A DNA stretch of 64,000 nt from Eledone cirrhosa (Eukaryota). The stretch lies in contig OZ024743.1 of NCBI GenBank assembly GCA_964016885.1, forward strand, positions 154,256,001-154,320,000, written 5' to 3'. The notes below the pieces were generated by a model. It saw only the letters and a list, made by a program, of their open reading frames with translations, searched no databases and was not told where the DNA came from. How positions within the stretch are numbered: the first letter of the stretch is position 1; the number at the start of each line of letters is the position of its first letter. The translations under genes were made by a program, and so were the position numbers. Positions 25,431-39,321 of the stretch are shown in pieces.

Positions 25431-27299
25431 TTTGATTATGCTTAAAGTTTCTTCGTTCCATGCTATCATATAAATACAAGTTCGTCACTCGTTGAAAACA
25501 TGTCAAAGTGTTCATACATCCAGATGAGTGTCTTCTATACTGATACAATTATCACAAATCATATAAAGCAGTAACGACGTGGTACTGTTGACAGTAGGTA
25601 TGTTGAGTATAGCCCTTTGTAAAATATGAATGTCGCTATATAGTTTGTATCAACGTGGCAATTAAATATATTGGCAAACACAAAGTATAGAAAATAGGAG
25701 AGTAGTTGATATACGATTAGTTGAAATATATGCAGAATATTTTATAGTGTTTTTTTTTTTATTTTGAATTTCCAATTATCTACGGTGTTTTTATCTATAT
25801 GTTTCTTATTTGGTGTTAATTTGAATATTTAAGCAACATTAGAAATGCTACAAGTTCAGTAAATAGTAATCCCTTAGAAGAACCGTAGGGTATTTTATTG
25901 TGTTCCAGTAATACATCGGGTCAGTGGAGTGCTGATTCTACAAATTCTTGTGTATCTAATATCAACTTCACATATTCTCATATGTTGCTGTGTAGATGCG
26001 GCCAAAGCGTTGCATTTCAATGGTTTAATCAGTTAACCATTCCAGATATTAGATTTGATAAATTTGAAAGCAGTCCATAGTTTTAGTGTCACATAATGAT
26101 TAATTGGTTAATTTCAACTGTAATGAGTGCACAAGGCAAAGGATATTCCAATAAAACAAATTGGAGATTGGTTAAATTTGTTTAGATTGATGTTCACGTG
26201 TTTGAAAGCTGATTCATACAGCGAGAGAAAAGTAGCCTTTTGTTTACGTCAATACCCTTCATGTCTTTTACTAAAAGAGGAAGAGCATTGACTGAGTATA
26301 CACATCCCTCATGGTCAATATATGGTAAATAGTTTAACACGAATTAATGACGACGCGTTAAATGAATATGAGTATTAAGAATGGTATTGGTGGAATTGAA
26401 TCTATCTGTTTCCTACCAAATATTCTGGTGTATGAGTAAAAGCTAAGTTTACTACTTGGTTTTTACTATCAAGTTAAAGTTAATTCCCTGCATTTATACA
26501 AAAAATATCTTTGCAAAAATGCAAGATCACAGTTTTCAACAAGATAAGTAAGGAGCTTTAGTGATATATGGGAGTAGCTGGAGGAGCTCAGCTTGCTAAA
26601 AATATCGGACAAATTCTCTCTAGTTAATTCCATCCCACTATCGTAAAGAAAGTTAAGGGAAAATAGTTAATTAATCGGAAACTGTATACCTATGTAAGAA
26701 AATATTGCGTGAATTAAGTAGTGTTGGAAGGACGATTGTGACATAAACAATGTGTACGTGAGGCATATACATATTCAATATTTACGAGTTGAAATACAGC
26801 CATCCTTGACTGCATTTAATATCTGCGGACATAACGGTTTCTGATTTAGGAGGCAGAAAGGCCAACAGTTTAAGGGCAGGAGAAAGTCGATTAAATCATT
26901 AGCACCAATTAGTGGTTACTCCGTATTGTATAGCATATACGAGCTTAGTGTAATGTGTTTTAATTCCATTCAATATCAATTGCTTCTTAACATATTTGAG
27001 TATCACAATGTGCATTTTTTTTATTTTCTATCCTTATAACTTATGAATATTACATGAGAAATAAATATATTCTAGGCACTATGGTGTAATGGAAGATAAT
27101 GAAAATTAGTTGTCTGTAATTTGATTTTAATAGTTAGTTGTATCTCTAAAGAATCTTGTTTGCCGGAAAACTGACCAGAGATTTTTAACTCATTGACTTC
27201 AGTCTGCTATTTTCAAGACAAAGAAGATTTGACTGTTATTTTTAACTGGTAGAACGAATGCATAGACAGCGTGTTGGCTCTGTTGAAATAGTATCCCTG

Positions 27300-27500
27300 A
27301 ACGTTAAGGATATTTAACAACTTTAAAAACTTGATTTGATTCAGTGGAATGATACGTGATGGGGCCCTCCACAGCCCCGGCGGACAGAATAGAGAAGGCG
27401 TTTCCTTGGAGGACGGCAAGGGAGAGTCGCTGGAAAAGCCACTCCAACTCGCGGAGCTCACAGGTGCGGTTGGCCAGCATACGCCGGCCTATTGAAATTT
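27300..27500 (-). mobile_element. 3' end of a CRE-like non-LTR retrotransposon (restriction-like endonuclease tail)
   Basis: IGRRMLANRTCELRELEWLFQRLSLAVLQGNAFSIL resembles the GRR....G..RE..+L+QR+S+A+..GNA..+L C-terminal motif. Confidence 0.75.
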
Positions 27501-27794
27501 TACTCACTGCACATATACTTAATGCAGTTGCTAGCCTTACGGGTATCAATCACGCCGGTTCCAAGGGCCTATTAAGTCACTTCCCATTTCTTAAAACCTA
27601 GAAAATTACAGAAAACTAGGGTGGGCATAAATGCACAAATTATATCTTTTAGACGACAAAATATCTTGAGATGAATGTATAATATTTGAATATGAAAACG
27701 AGCCTTGCAATAGTCAGTAATAGAGAAATAGAATGAGATGATGAGTAGACAAGAAATATTATGTCTTTAAATAACGAAATAGAGAGAGAGAGAC

Positions 27795-27845
<51 letters not shown>

Positions 27846-28554
27846 TAGAGAGAGAGAAAGAGAGAGAGAGAATTAGGCAGCAACATGGAAAATCTAAGCA
27901 ACTAACTGTATAGTTTGATGCCATGCATATTTCCAAACTAATGCAATTCACTCATCCAGAATATATACTGAATCATCAGCAATCTGTAGGGAACCAATGG
28001 AAAAAGAGGGCAGATGTGTGAATGAATACATAACGTATGGAATCTTTATTCTCTGCTACTTTAACCCCATGCTTTCGACTGCATAATACACTTCCCATAG
28101 ATTCATTATCGAAATGTAGGAAAAGGAAATGAATGTGCAGTATTTATTGGTTCAAAGACCAGCTAGAAAGCACTATAACAATATTCATTCGATATTAGAT
28201 TTCGATCCATGTGCAGCAATTGTTAAGAAAGATATGTTGAAGAAACCCATGAAGCAGAAACAACAATAATGAAGATTAACAACATTGAGACAGTTGGACT
28301 ATTTTCTCTATTAATGTATTTATGTATTTGTCATATATTTATTTCTCCAATTTGATATAAAAGTCTCATTTATAGAGATTCTTTAAGAAATGTTTCTGTT
28401 AATCAAATGATAAATATAGTTTGTAGTGTATATCTATCTATCTTTCTCTGACACACACATACACACACGTACACACACACGCACACACACACACACACAC
28501 GTGTACACACACACACACACTCTATCTTTCTATATATATTAGAATATTAGAATG

Positions 28555-29860
28555 ACCATCCATCTATTTTGAATGACTATGGATCTGCGCCAAGAGAATA
28601 TTATTTCAGCTGCTGTTGGTATTGCATTGACTGTGGTGGTTGTAGAGGCCCACACTGGACTCGTATGCAGTGACTTCATTTGAAGATGCGCTCCTCCGAT
28701 GTTAATTTGTTGTCCTTCCTTAAAGAGCGCTTTTCTTTGGCAGTTTTTCCGTTTCTCTCCCCCTTACGTAATACTCGTCTCTAGCGTGAGCGATTATTCG
28801 TGATCTCACATGCCCACATTGTTGGCGAGTTCTCAATATAGTAGATATTTTGAGATCCTCCCATCCGACATACGATTTACGTATCCTAGCTAGTGCAAAC
28901 GGCACTGTTGGATCAATGTTATTTACTCGGTTGGTCAACTTGATTTCTAGAATGTGTCTTAGGCTACGAAGGGTAATAGTGTTGAGACGCCACTCCTGTC
29001 TGGCGTCAAGGCTATATGTGTCGTTGCCGTAAGTTTGTGTGCTTAGTACGCACGTCTTGTAACAGCAATCTTGATGATTGTGTTCAGTTGTTTTGTTCTG
29101 CTAGACTCTCTTAAACAGCCTGGTGAATATGGATGCTGCTACTCCAACTTACCAATTGATATCAGAGTCCATGAACTCGAGGACTAATCCAGTTCGGAGA
29201 TGTTGATGGCGATGGCAGGGGGTGCTTCACCCATTGTCCAGTACGTCTACCTTATGTAGACTAATAGTCAGGCTGAATTATAGAGTGATTATCCATAATG
29301 TACTGCCTGCATTTTCCTCTCAGAGTGAGCGGCAAATGCAGCGGCGTTCAAAAACAGTATTTCTTTGATGAGTATTTGACAAACATTGAATTTTGCTTTT
29401 AACCTTGACAGATTAAACCATCTGACCTGGCATGGAGTTAGACACCATTAGTCGACATTCCAAATGCGTGTTTCAGCATGAATGCGAAAAGATGCCGAAC
29501 AGTCTTGTATTACACTGATGCAGATGTTAAAACCTCGGGCGAATAACCATCAAATTGAACGAGACCTTTCATATCCACATGAAACTATTTGACTATCCTA
29601 AGAATTTTTTGAGGACAAGTAATTTTGGCAAATATTCTGAATAGGCCATCTTTATTAATTGAGTCGATGTCGATGGCCTTCGGGAAGTAAATGAAAGTGA
29701 TGTGGAGAGGTTGCTTTTGATCTCGGCACGTCTCTTTTAGTTGTCGAACGGAGATCATGTCCATGGTGGAGCATTTTGAACTGAAGTCGCCCTGAGCAAT
29801 TTTCTGTAGTCTGTTCAGCACCACGTGGGGAAAGGCCGTTCCACAGATGTTTAGCAGCGT
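28555..29860 (-). mobile_element. Decayed RTE (BovB-like) LINE
   Basis: STMDMISVRQLKETCRDQKQPLHITFIYFPKAID...GLFRIFAKITCPQK is RT-like, and the C-terminus reads SSVGLYNHHSQC. Confidence 0.85.
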
Positions 29861-29891
29861 TAATTATATAGGTAATATTGCATTTCTATAA

Positions 29892-30020
29892 TCTTCTTCT
29901 TCTTCTTCTTCTTCTTCTTCTTCTTCTTCTTCTTCTTCTTCTTTTTCTTCTTCTTATTTTTCTTCTTCTTCTTCTTCTTCTTCTTCTTCTTCTTCTTCTT
30001 CTTCTTCTTCTTCTTCTTCT

Positions 30021-30085
<65 letters not shown>

Positions 30086-30126
30086 TTCTTCTTCTTCTTC
30101 TTCTTCTTCTTCTTCTTCTTCTTCTA
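29892..30126. repeat. (CTT)n(CGT)n(CTT)n compound microsatellite
   Basis: Directly visible. It explains the poly-L and poly-R ORFs. Confidence 0.95.
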
Positions 30127-30545
30127 TTTGTTGGCAACTGAAAATTCAGTGATCATTACTACTACTCAGAAGAAAGGTTAATGAACTTTTCAGCTTTCAA
30201 TATATAAAATGAAACTTTACATTTCATACTAAATATGCAAACATAATCTTTAAGCTATGTGACTGCCGTTCTGTTTACATGCCATCACAAGTGCAAGAAT
30301 GACGGTGTAATTCTACTCACATTGCTTAGAGATGTAGTTTGCATAATTGCAAACGAATCAAATATTATTATTAATATTCGAAAAACTTAGATTTATATTT
30401 CTTGTATTCAGCCATGTTGAGAGATAGAACTAGTTGTTAGTTATTTGACTACGGCAAAGCCAGCTACTAAACGCTTTTATACATGAAACTGATTGGCTTA
30501 AGAGGCTGTTTGCATAATTGCAAACCAATCGAATATTATTATTGA

Positions 30546-32550
30546 CTAGATGAATTACCGGCGTTGCCCGGGTTACTGCTGTTCTTGTTCAGATTACTAA
30601 ACAATATATATGAAGATATGTTTTTTCTTATAATTATTTCAAAATATCTATATTTTATTAAAGAAATATGAAAATTGTAATGATAATTGAATTTAGATAT
30701 GAAAATCTGTCAAGCTTGAAGCACCTTAGGGTAAACAATATTCATTGTGTAATTTTTAGTTGCTGTCCAAATGAAGAAATTGCTGCTACACACTCACACA
30801 CTCACACACCAAGTATTTCCAAACTTGACAGAAAATTACCAAAATCACAATTGGCTGTGCGAAAGAACAATGATGGCTCCAAAAAACGTCGCTGTTAATA
30901 AACTCAACGAACAGTTAATGCTGTCTCTTCCAGGAGATCTTCACACTTACAAGTCTGTTGACACAATCCCGGATCACAATGAAGTGGTGAACTATCCTCC
31001 AGAATTTCTCAATTCATTGGAGCTTCCCGGACTACCTCCTCACATATTAGGACTTAAAGTTGGAACTCTTGTAATGCTGCTGAGGAACCTTGTATTTGAG
31101 CTCTCATGTTAGTGGTACGAGTCAGGGTCGTAACCTGTCACCACAATGGAGAAGATTTAAGACACGCCTGGACATCATCTGCCCTGGTACGTTTGGGAAT
31201 GACGGGATGAGTCTGTCTGAAATCACAAGGCAACAGAAGCGTTACACCTCCCATTGGATGGAGCATGACAATCTTTGATAACTTTAATGTTTCTATCTAC
31301 TGCTTCCAGAGCTCCTTTGTGGCCCACACAATGAGATGACACCGTTTGAGGACTTGACCCTGGACTGAGTTATTACTGATGTTGCAGGTAGGCGTTTGAG
31401 ATGTTGCTAAGTTCAGGGGTTGGGTATCAAGTCGAGTGCGCTCTCCTGCCACCGGGCAGCAAAGTAGGAGCAATCCCAGAGGAGGCACAGCTACTGCGAT
31501 ATCCCTATGCTGCCTAACTTTTGCAAAGAGGATCTTCGTTACAAAAGTTTTTCTTGTTCCTCCAGATGCATCCAGGAAGAAGACACCTCCTTTAGGTGGC
31601 ACACATGGTCGACAATAGTCCTGTAAGTCCGTTGTTGGTTCGGAAACAACTGTGGTTCAGTGTCGATAACATATTGGGAAAGAGCATCGATGTCGTTGGA
31701 TGTTTCTCGTAGGATGGCTGTGGAAAGTACATTTGACCCTGTTTGGAATGTTTGGGGCAGTTTATATGTGGGCAAATCATTTCCACCGTGTGAAACAATT
31801 CTGTCTTCTATATCACTGGCTCTGTTGTAGACCTCATCGCTGGTACCTGCCATGTCAGGGTACTGTAGTTGTACCAGACGTTTAAAATCCTCAGAAAGAT
31901 CATCTTTGTACTTGAACCATAACTACGAAGGATTAAACAATTCACATGTTTGCAACAATAGTTTCAAATAGTATCAATTTGTCTTTGTTCTGTGAAATCA
32001 AAGTCTGTAAAACGACTTATTATTAAACCTTCAACTGATATCCTTTGATGTATAGTTCAAGCCGGTGTGGACGTCACTCTTTCTCTCTCTCTTTTAATAT
32101 CTAACACTTTAATTGTATCTCTCTCTGTATAACGGCCTATCTCTCTCCCAATGTGTGTCTCAAATATGATTTCTTTTAGTCGGGTTTTCTCTTATAGAGG
32201 GCGCAGTAGACACAAATCGGAAAATGTAATGCGTTCGTACGAAGGTCAGGAGCATGACGCATGGTTGTGCCAAATGTTAAGAAAATCGGTTGCAAGCTGT
32301 AGAAGTTACTCGGAAACAGACACACACACACATAGACACGCACACACACATATACACATACACACACGCACACCCACACACATATACACACACACAACAG
32401 ACCCACATACCCACACTCACACCCACACGCATACACACACACACAACATACAAACACACACACAATACGCACACACACACACGCACACACACATACACAC
32501 CCACACAACCCCCCCATACACACACACGTAGTCTATTTTATATATATAGA
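30546..32550 (-). mobile_element. Internally deleted Helitron with PIF1-like helicase remnants
   Basis: On the minus strand: A|TCTATATATAT ... CCGGGCAACGCCGG hairpin ... CTAG|T. Helicase motif I FFLDASGGTRKTF is on the minus strand (31297-31960), while APKN...YPPEFLNSLELPGLPPHILGLKVGTLVMLLRNL is on the plus strand (30771-31090). Confidence 0.92.
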
Positions 32551-32615
32551 TATTCGAAAAACTCAGATTACATTTATTGTATTCAGCCATGTAGAGCGAT
32601 AAACTGTTTGTTATA

Positions 32616-33888
32616 TCATTATCTATAAAAGGCAGATTGTTGTTGTTGTGTGTGTGAGCCTGCCTGTTCCAGATTTATACATTTGCACAATTTCAAACCG
32701 ATTCGACTCTACCTATGGAAGAATGTTGTAAATGGTTTAACTTAGGTCAACGACTATTTATTTCATTCAATGTCACCCACAATTACGGAAATAATCGATA
32801 AAACTAAATACATGACGCATTACTCCTCTAATACAATCTGATAACCTCTCTCTACTCCCCTTAACATTCAATAAAACTACATACATGCTTACAAACTTCC
32901 TTTAGGAACGCGGAAGAGAGAGAGGGTAGAGAGAGAACGTTTGTTTTTGAGTGTGGAACGGTCAAACATTTATTTACTTCAATGACAAAGAGAACTTATT
33001 ACATTTCGAAGCAACAATTATTCAAAAGCAAAAGATAAATTTATTCAAAAACCAAAAAAAATAGCGATAAATCTTTTTTAAATCCTCTCAACGAACGTGA
33101 ACGAAAGAAGTATCAGTTTATTTACTATACACAATAATATACTCTATGAGGTCACTAAACCTGCTAGAAACAGCAGCTAACTCTCCGCCATTACACACCA
33201 CTCCCTACTGTCTTAAATTTAGAAAACATATACTCTATGAGGTAACTAAACATGCTAGAAACAGCAGCTAACTCTCCCCCATATCACACCACTCCCTACT
33301 GTCTTACATTTAGAAAACATATCCTCTATGAGGTCACTAAACCTGCTAGAAACAGTAGCTAACTCTCCCTCATATCACACCACTCCCTACTGTCTTACAT
33401 TTAGAAAATATATCCTCTATGAGGTCACTAAGCCTGCTAGAAACAGCAGCTAACTCTCCCTCAAATCACACCACTCCCTACTGTCTTAAATTTAGAAAAG
33501 ACATATCCTCTATGAGGTCACTAAACCTGCTAGAAACAGCAGCTAACTATCCCCCATATCACACCACTCCCTACTGTCTTAAATTTAGAAAACAAACATT
33601 AGACAACCGTGTAGAAAAACTCCATCGAAGCTCTGTTGTTCCGTTGGCATCGTCTGCGCGCGTGTTGCGCAAGTACTGTGAAACAATAAATTTCAACATT
33701 TTGCACAAAGATAATATCCATAGGCGAAACTAAAATTGCCACTGATGGCGCAGCTCCTGCTTCGGCAGTCCAGGTCTGCAATTCATCCACCCAGTGCCTT
33801 ACAGACAAAAACGTGCTGCCTTAAAATGGGTGGTGCAACCTAACTTTGGTAACTTACTGACGCCGAGCAACGCCGGGCTTTAATGCTA

Positions 33889-33889
<1 letters not shown>
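32616..33889 (+). mobile_element. Non-autonomous Helitron
   Basis: 5' TC(ATTA)TCTATAAAAGGCAGA followed by a GT-rich run; the exact start is 32616 or 32622. The 3' end is CCGAGCAACGCCGGG...CTAG|T. Confidence 0.8.
33142..33593. repeat. 91-bp minisatellite x5
   Basis: CTCTATGAGG units start at 33142, 33233, 33324, 33415 and 33508. Confidence 0.95.
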
Positions 33890-33930
<41 letters not shown>

Positions 33931-33959
33931 AAATGCGTGAAACCTTTGGTACAGTTAGG

Positions 33960-34540
33960 AATATTTAAAAAAAGGAAAATAATGACTTGTAATTCTAAAC
34001 GATTAAATTTAATTTTATAATATTATAATTTTACAATTTGGCTTTGTTGATCTATTAAGTTCTTTATTAACTTTGGTCGGGAGATTTTTAAAGATTCCTT
34101 GTTAACATTGGTGGATTAAAATATGTTAGTTTAATAGTCTTCCTATCGAAAATGTGATATTTATGCGGCATTGGAAAGCGTTTATCCATTACATTGAAGA
34201 AAATAATGGGTAGATTGGTATTGATTGCATACTTGAAAATCGGGGTATACAATAGATATTGTTTTCTCCTGGAGTTTTTAGAGATTTAGAAGTTTTTAGT
34301 TTCTCATTATTTCGTCTATTCCCTGTTTATACAATATACTTCTACGTTATCGTAGATGTATTCGAGTCCCTCTTTGTGACCTGCATTGCGTAATGCGGTG
34401 TTGTAATAGTCTGCATGTTCATTAAATATTTCTAGTGTAGATGATATATGAGATATTCCAAGGGACACACTCGTGCTATTGATTTCATTATGGAACGAGG
34501 ATGGTTAGATTGATAGTTGATCTATGCTAAGTTTGACAAT
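33960..34540 (-). pseudogene. PLE RT thumb/linker remnant
   Basis: INYQSNHPRSIMKSI..., EIFNEHADYYNTALRNAGH and MDKRFPMPHKYHIFDRKTIKLTY. Confidence 0.8.
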
Positions 34541-34825
34541 AACATTGTAGATAGCGATTTTAAGACATAATCGATTACACACTAGACAATGAAGCATATG
34601 GTAGTGCTTTGAATAAAAACCTATCGTATCGCTAATCAGTGTTAATCATCATTTACTCGTTATTAATACTACATGAACTACTAACATCATAACTGTCCGA
34701 AATCGGCCCTCCGAACACAACTAAGTAAACATCTTGTTAAGTCAAACAACGACTTACGTTAAAATCCTCCACGGTACAGATTACTTGTAACATTTCCTTG
34801 AATAACCTTAAACGATATCTCGTTT

Positions 34826-34882
<57 letters not shown>

Positions 34883-35689
34883 TGCGCATTGTGTTAAACT
34901 AATATGTTTCCTCATGGTGCAGTGTAGTTTACTTTGCTATTTCTGTTTACCTTTTACACACACACACATCCCCCCACACACACACATACACACACACACG
35001 CGCGCGCGTATATATGTGTTTGTATAAGAAGCGCCCTTTCCAGTATTTTGTTGCAGAACTCTCCTATGACAAGTATAGCATTGAAAAATGCATAGTAAAT
35101 ATGAAACTAGAATGTAAACCTACGTTGAAAATATATAATTACAATATGTTTTAATTTCAGTAATTTCCATAACCATAAAGAAATATATCTTTGATGATAA
35201 TAATTACCAAAATCACTTCATCAAAAAGTTCCCATAAATGTTCATTCACAAAGCTATTTAATATTCCGAAAGCAGCCCACAAACAAGAGAAAAGGAGAAC
35301 ATTTGCTGTAACCACGTGGGCCGATTGATTACAATAGTTGCAAATTAAAGTAATACTGTAAAATTATAGCAAAGAAACGTGAAATGAAATATATAAACAT
35401 ATAAATGAATCAATTACAATGTTCGCACGGTCAAAGTAACCAGATAATAGTATTGGCATGAATAATAGGCACTTTGTAAATATATGCCGTATAAGTAACT
35501 TGACGATGAATGATACGTGAGAATTTCCCAGTTATCAAGATATTTTATAGAAACTAAATCTACCTGTTTATTAATCGACTGAACATCGTCTACATTGTAT
35601 TCTAACAACTCACTTTAAACGTTGGATTGCTGAAGAACAATGGGCATGCTGAATTATAAATCTCATTGTCCCAATCTAAGGTATTGTTG

Positions 35690-36900
35690 TAGCATTTGTG
35701 TTCCCACCTCATACAAAGCGCAATAGATTCTTGTCTACCTCTATCGGACTGAAACAAGTTTTCACTTCTACATCAGAAATGAATTCTATATGCTAACAAC
35801 AAACGTTTTACGGCAATTTTCCTCCTTAAAGTCCTGTCAACCCTATGGCAAGCTTTTGTTTTTCTCAGTCGTCTGCATACGCTTAACTAACTCCCTGACA
35901 TTCATAGTTCCATCATTTTAAACCATGCCTTCCTCTATATTTCCACATATCATTTCCATCATTCCTGTCACCCATTAGCGTCCATACGTTCTCAAACATG
36001 GCGAAACTATCACATTCCATTTCTACCCGCAATTTACATTAATTGTTCTATTCCAATCAACCTCTCTATTTTCTGTCCTGTTCACTTTTAGTAATACTCC
36101 ACTCATCCTCCTGACATTTCTCATTGCCATTGTTTACATCATTTAGTTTTGCTTCACGTTCATCACCCGTGTTTGGCTCCTATAAACCATGATACTTTTC
36201 ACACAAGCATCTAACACCTTTCCGTTCCGTTTCAGCGATACTCCATTTCTCATTAGCACACAGACCAGTTCCGGCAAAATACTTCACATACATCTCACTC
36301 TTCATATTGTCACAGAATTTGGTGCAAACACTGTAGATACTGTCACAGAATCTGATGCATACACTGTATTTAACAAATCTCCGACCTAGTAAAACGCATT
36401 CCCACCTATCTTTACACTATTAACATCAAACTCAACAACTCTATCTGCAGCTCCATCTATGCTGAATTTATAATTGAATGTAGGTGTCACAGTATTTAAT
36501 AATCCCTCTACACAACTGCATTTGCGTAGTTCCCACCAAGTGCATATAATACATTTACTGCATACTGTATACGATTGCCTTCCTGTCTTTTTCATTTCAC
36601 CAACCTTTAGCCTCCAACCTTTCCCTCAAACCCGCTACTGTTTCTGTCCTCGTCCTTCCGACTATACGCATTTTCTCATTCCTTTTCATCACTATTCTAA
36701 CCAAACATTTCTGTGTTCTGAACTCTCACACCGCTCAGCATTTTACGTCAAGTGAAACCCAATCGGAAGCTTTCTCCAGAGCAACAAACCCGAAAAACAG
36801 ACGAAGACCGTTCACAGAGAAATGAATCTCCTTACAGAGATGGCAAAGGACCGCAAGGATTGGTGATGTGCAGTACTGTGAAATATTCATTTTCAGTACC
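35690..36900 (-). mobile_element. Decayed RTE/RTEX-like LINE, post-RT half
   Basis: CSKCIICTWWELRKCSCVEG is a PHD-like insert, followed by ELVCVLMRNGVSLKRNGKVLDACVKSIMVYRSQT (the SL..KG+++..CV...+.YGSETW motif). Confidence 0.7.
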
Positions 36901-37977
36901 CAGATGTGAATGTGAGTTAACCGACACTTTTCCCAACCATCACTCCTTAATAACTATTCTCATCATCATTTATACTTCTCTCTAAATACGACATGTCCCG
37001 CACAAATTAAATGCTATCACACCAATCATACACCTTTCGTAACTTGTCACATTGTATATGATAATATGAGCATCCAGCCATAGGAAATTTTCCAAACAGA
37101 GTGTTGAGGATACTTCAGTCTTTTCCAAGACGCGACAACCGTGTTATTGTTGGTTTTGCAGTAAAATGCACCTAGTCCAATATGTAGTGTACGTAAACAT
37201 ACACAAGTGAGATGGGGCTAAGAGGTCACAAGCACTGATTTAGTACAAACAGGTGTATTCTTACATAGGAATGTGTGTTTTAATGTACGTGCATCAACAT
37301 ATATGGCAACAAATCAGTATATCCTTAAACAAACATATAGTGATAAGTATGGATAAAATCACGCCTTCAAACATATTCAATAAATACATGCATACACACG
37401 CACATAAGGCAAACATTCCTCTACATACTGAGATTTTAAGTTTGCCGTGATGGCAAGGGGTTTCGTGTAATATGGAGAAAGGTTCAATCCGATGACAAGA
37501 TTAATTTTAAGGTTTGTGTTCAAGATATCATGTAAAAAGAAAAGAAAAAAGCGTTAAAAAGAAATGGGGTAAGAATCAAAGGACAATCAAATTATTTAAA
37601 GAAGACTTAACATGGATGTTTTGGTGATGTATTGAGTTCGGTGGGGCTGTTCATAGTGCTATCTAGAGGTATCGGTATTTTCCACTGGAATCCGTTAACA
37701 CACTTTTTGGCTCTCATGTTTCAAATCATACATCCTAGATTATATTAATATATGTTTTAGATATGATTTGTTAGTTGAAATAATAGACTTCTGTTGGCTA
37801 TTATTAGTTTTGATAACACAATCATGTTTGATCAACAAGAGTTAGAAACAATAATTAAATCCCTGCCTACTGGTACGATTCTGGACACATATTCATATAA
37901 TTAATCTGCAGAATACAATCAGCAACATAATAAATTCATTTGATAGATGAAACAAATTCATTATTTCAGAGACAATC

Positions 37978-38162
37978 GTGGTGAATTGGCAGTATCGATA
38001 GAGGGCTTGGACGCCATGCTTTCTAGCATAGTTACGTCCCTTTACGGTCTGAGTTCAAATCCCGCCAAGGTTAACTTTGCCTTTCATCATTATGGGGTCG
38101 ATAAAATAAAGTACCAGTAATGTACTGGATAATTGCCGGGCTTGTGCCTAAAGTAGAAACAA
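37978..38162 (+). mobile_element. tRNA-derived SINE, full length
   Basis: Same family as 15323-15505. The 17-bp TSD is TTATTT(C/A)AGAGACAATC (37961-37977 / 38163-38179). Confidence 0.9.
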
Positions 38163-38510
38163 TTATTTAAGAGACAATCAAAATAATACAATAATAATAA
38201 CATTTCCAATAATTTTGGTGGATAACTATGAAAATCAAACTCTAGAACCGTAAACATGAAAGTACGCAATTTCATTGGGAAATACAGTCATGGTTTAAAT
38301 CGCCCATAAGATTTCTCGATTTGGGTTTACTTTAGGAGATACATTACAAATTTGATGAAAGATTCATTCAGTAATTTGTAATGAATGTTATCTTAAAGTA
38401 ATATTAATTAGAAGTCTTACATAATTTAATTTAACTTCTAAAAGTTACTTTGAATTTGCTTTGTATATTTTACACAAAAATATCATATGTAAAAAACACA
38501 CACACACACA

Positions 38511-38512
<2 letters not shown>

Positions 38513-38548
<36 letters not shown>

Positions 38549-39321
38549 GTATGTATATATATAAAATTAAGTATGTGTGTGTGTCTGTGTGTCTGTGTAT
38601 TACCTATAGGGGCCTACATCTTACGACCGATTTTCATGAACATTTACAGGCTCATAGATGAGTTATCGGGGAGTGTTTTCAATATATCAGCGTATGGTTC
38701 TTTTTATTCCAGGGTCATTTTCCAGATAAAAATCAATAGGTGGGTCACCTTTTTTTAGGTATCGAAAAATAAGATTTTTGGCTCTAGCTCCTACATTTTG
38801 CCACCGATTTCGTTCACATTATAAAGTAAAATAGAATTCATCATTGCACATCCTGTAATGGATTTATATTTTGCATTTGTTGCTCCCGGACGATGCGGAA
38901 GCCGCTTAAATATTCAAAAACGGCACTTTTAGACTCAAATTTTCACTTTTTCCGCTCTAGCTCCCACATTAATCAACCCACCTTGTTCAAATTTTACTCT
39001 ACGCTAGATTTCATTATTTCACGGATTTTCTGTTCAGGAACGGCGTGGCAGCAGCTTAAATATTCGAAAATCAACCTTTTCGCTCAAATTTCCGCCTCTT
39101 CGGCTCTAGCTCCGACATTTTTCAACCGATTTCGTTCAAATTCGAAACTCCCTCCCCCAACATGCCCCTTCGTCAGTCACCTGCGTTTGTCAGTGATAGA
39201 TGTCATCACCACCATCGCCTGCATGTCCTGTGTGTGGCCATAGATGAGTCATCGAGAAGCAGTCGCTAAGTTCAACATCCTTTTCATGAAAGCAGATGGC
39301 AACGCTGAGTACTGCTGCTAG
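38513..39321 (+). mobile_element. Non-autonomous Helitron-like element
   Basis: The 5' end is TA-rich (ATATAAAATTAAGTATGTGTGT, exact start uncertain). Three internal GCTCTAGCTCC.ACATT repeats lie near 38781, 38954 and 39103. The 3' end is GGCAACGCTGAGT...CTAG|T. Confidence 0.7.

Noticed and set aside
33142-33593. CRISPR-like regular repeat
   Set aside because: The units are homologous along their whole length, there are no unique spacers or cas genes, and the context is eukaryotic. It is a minisatellite.
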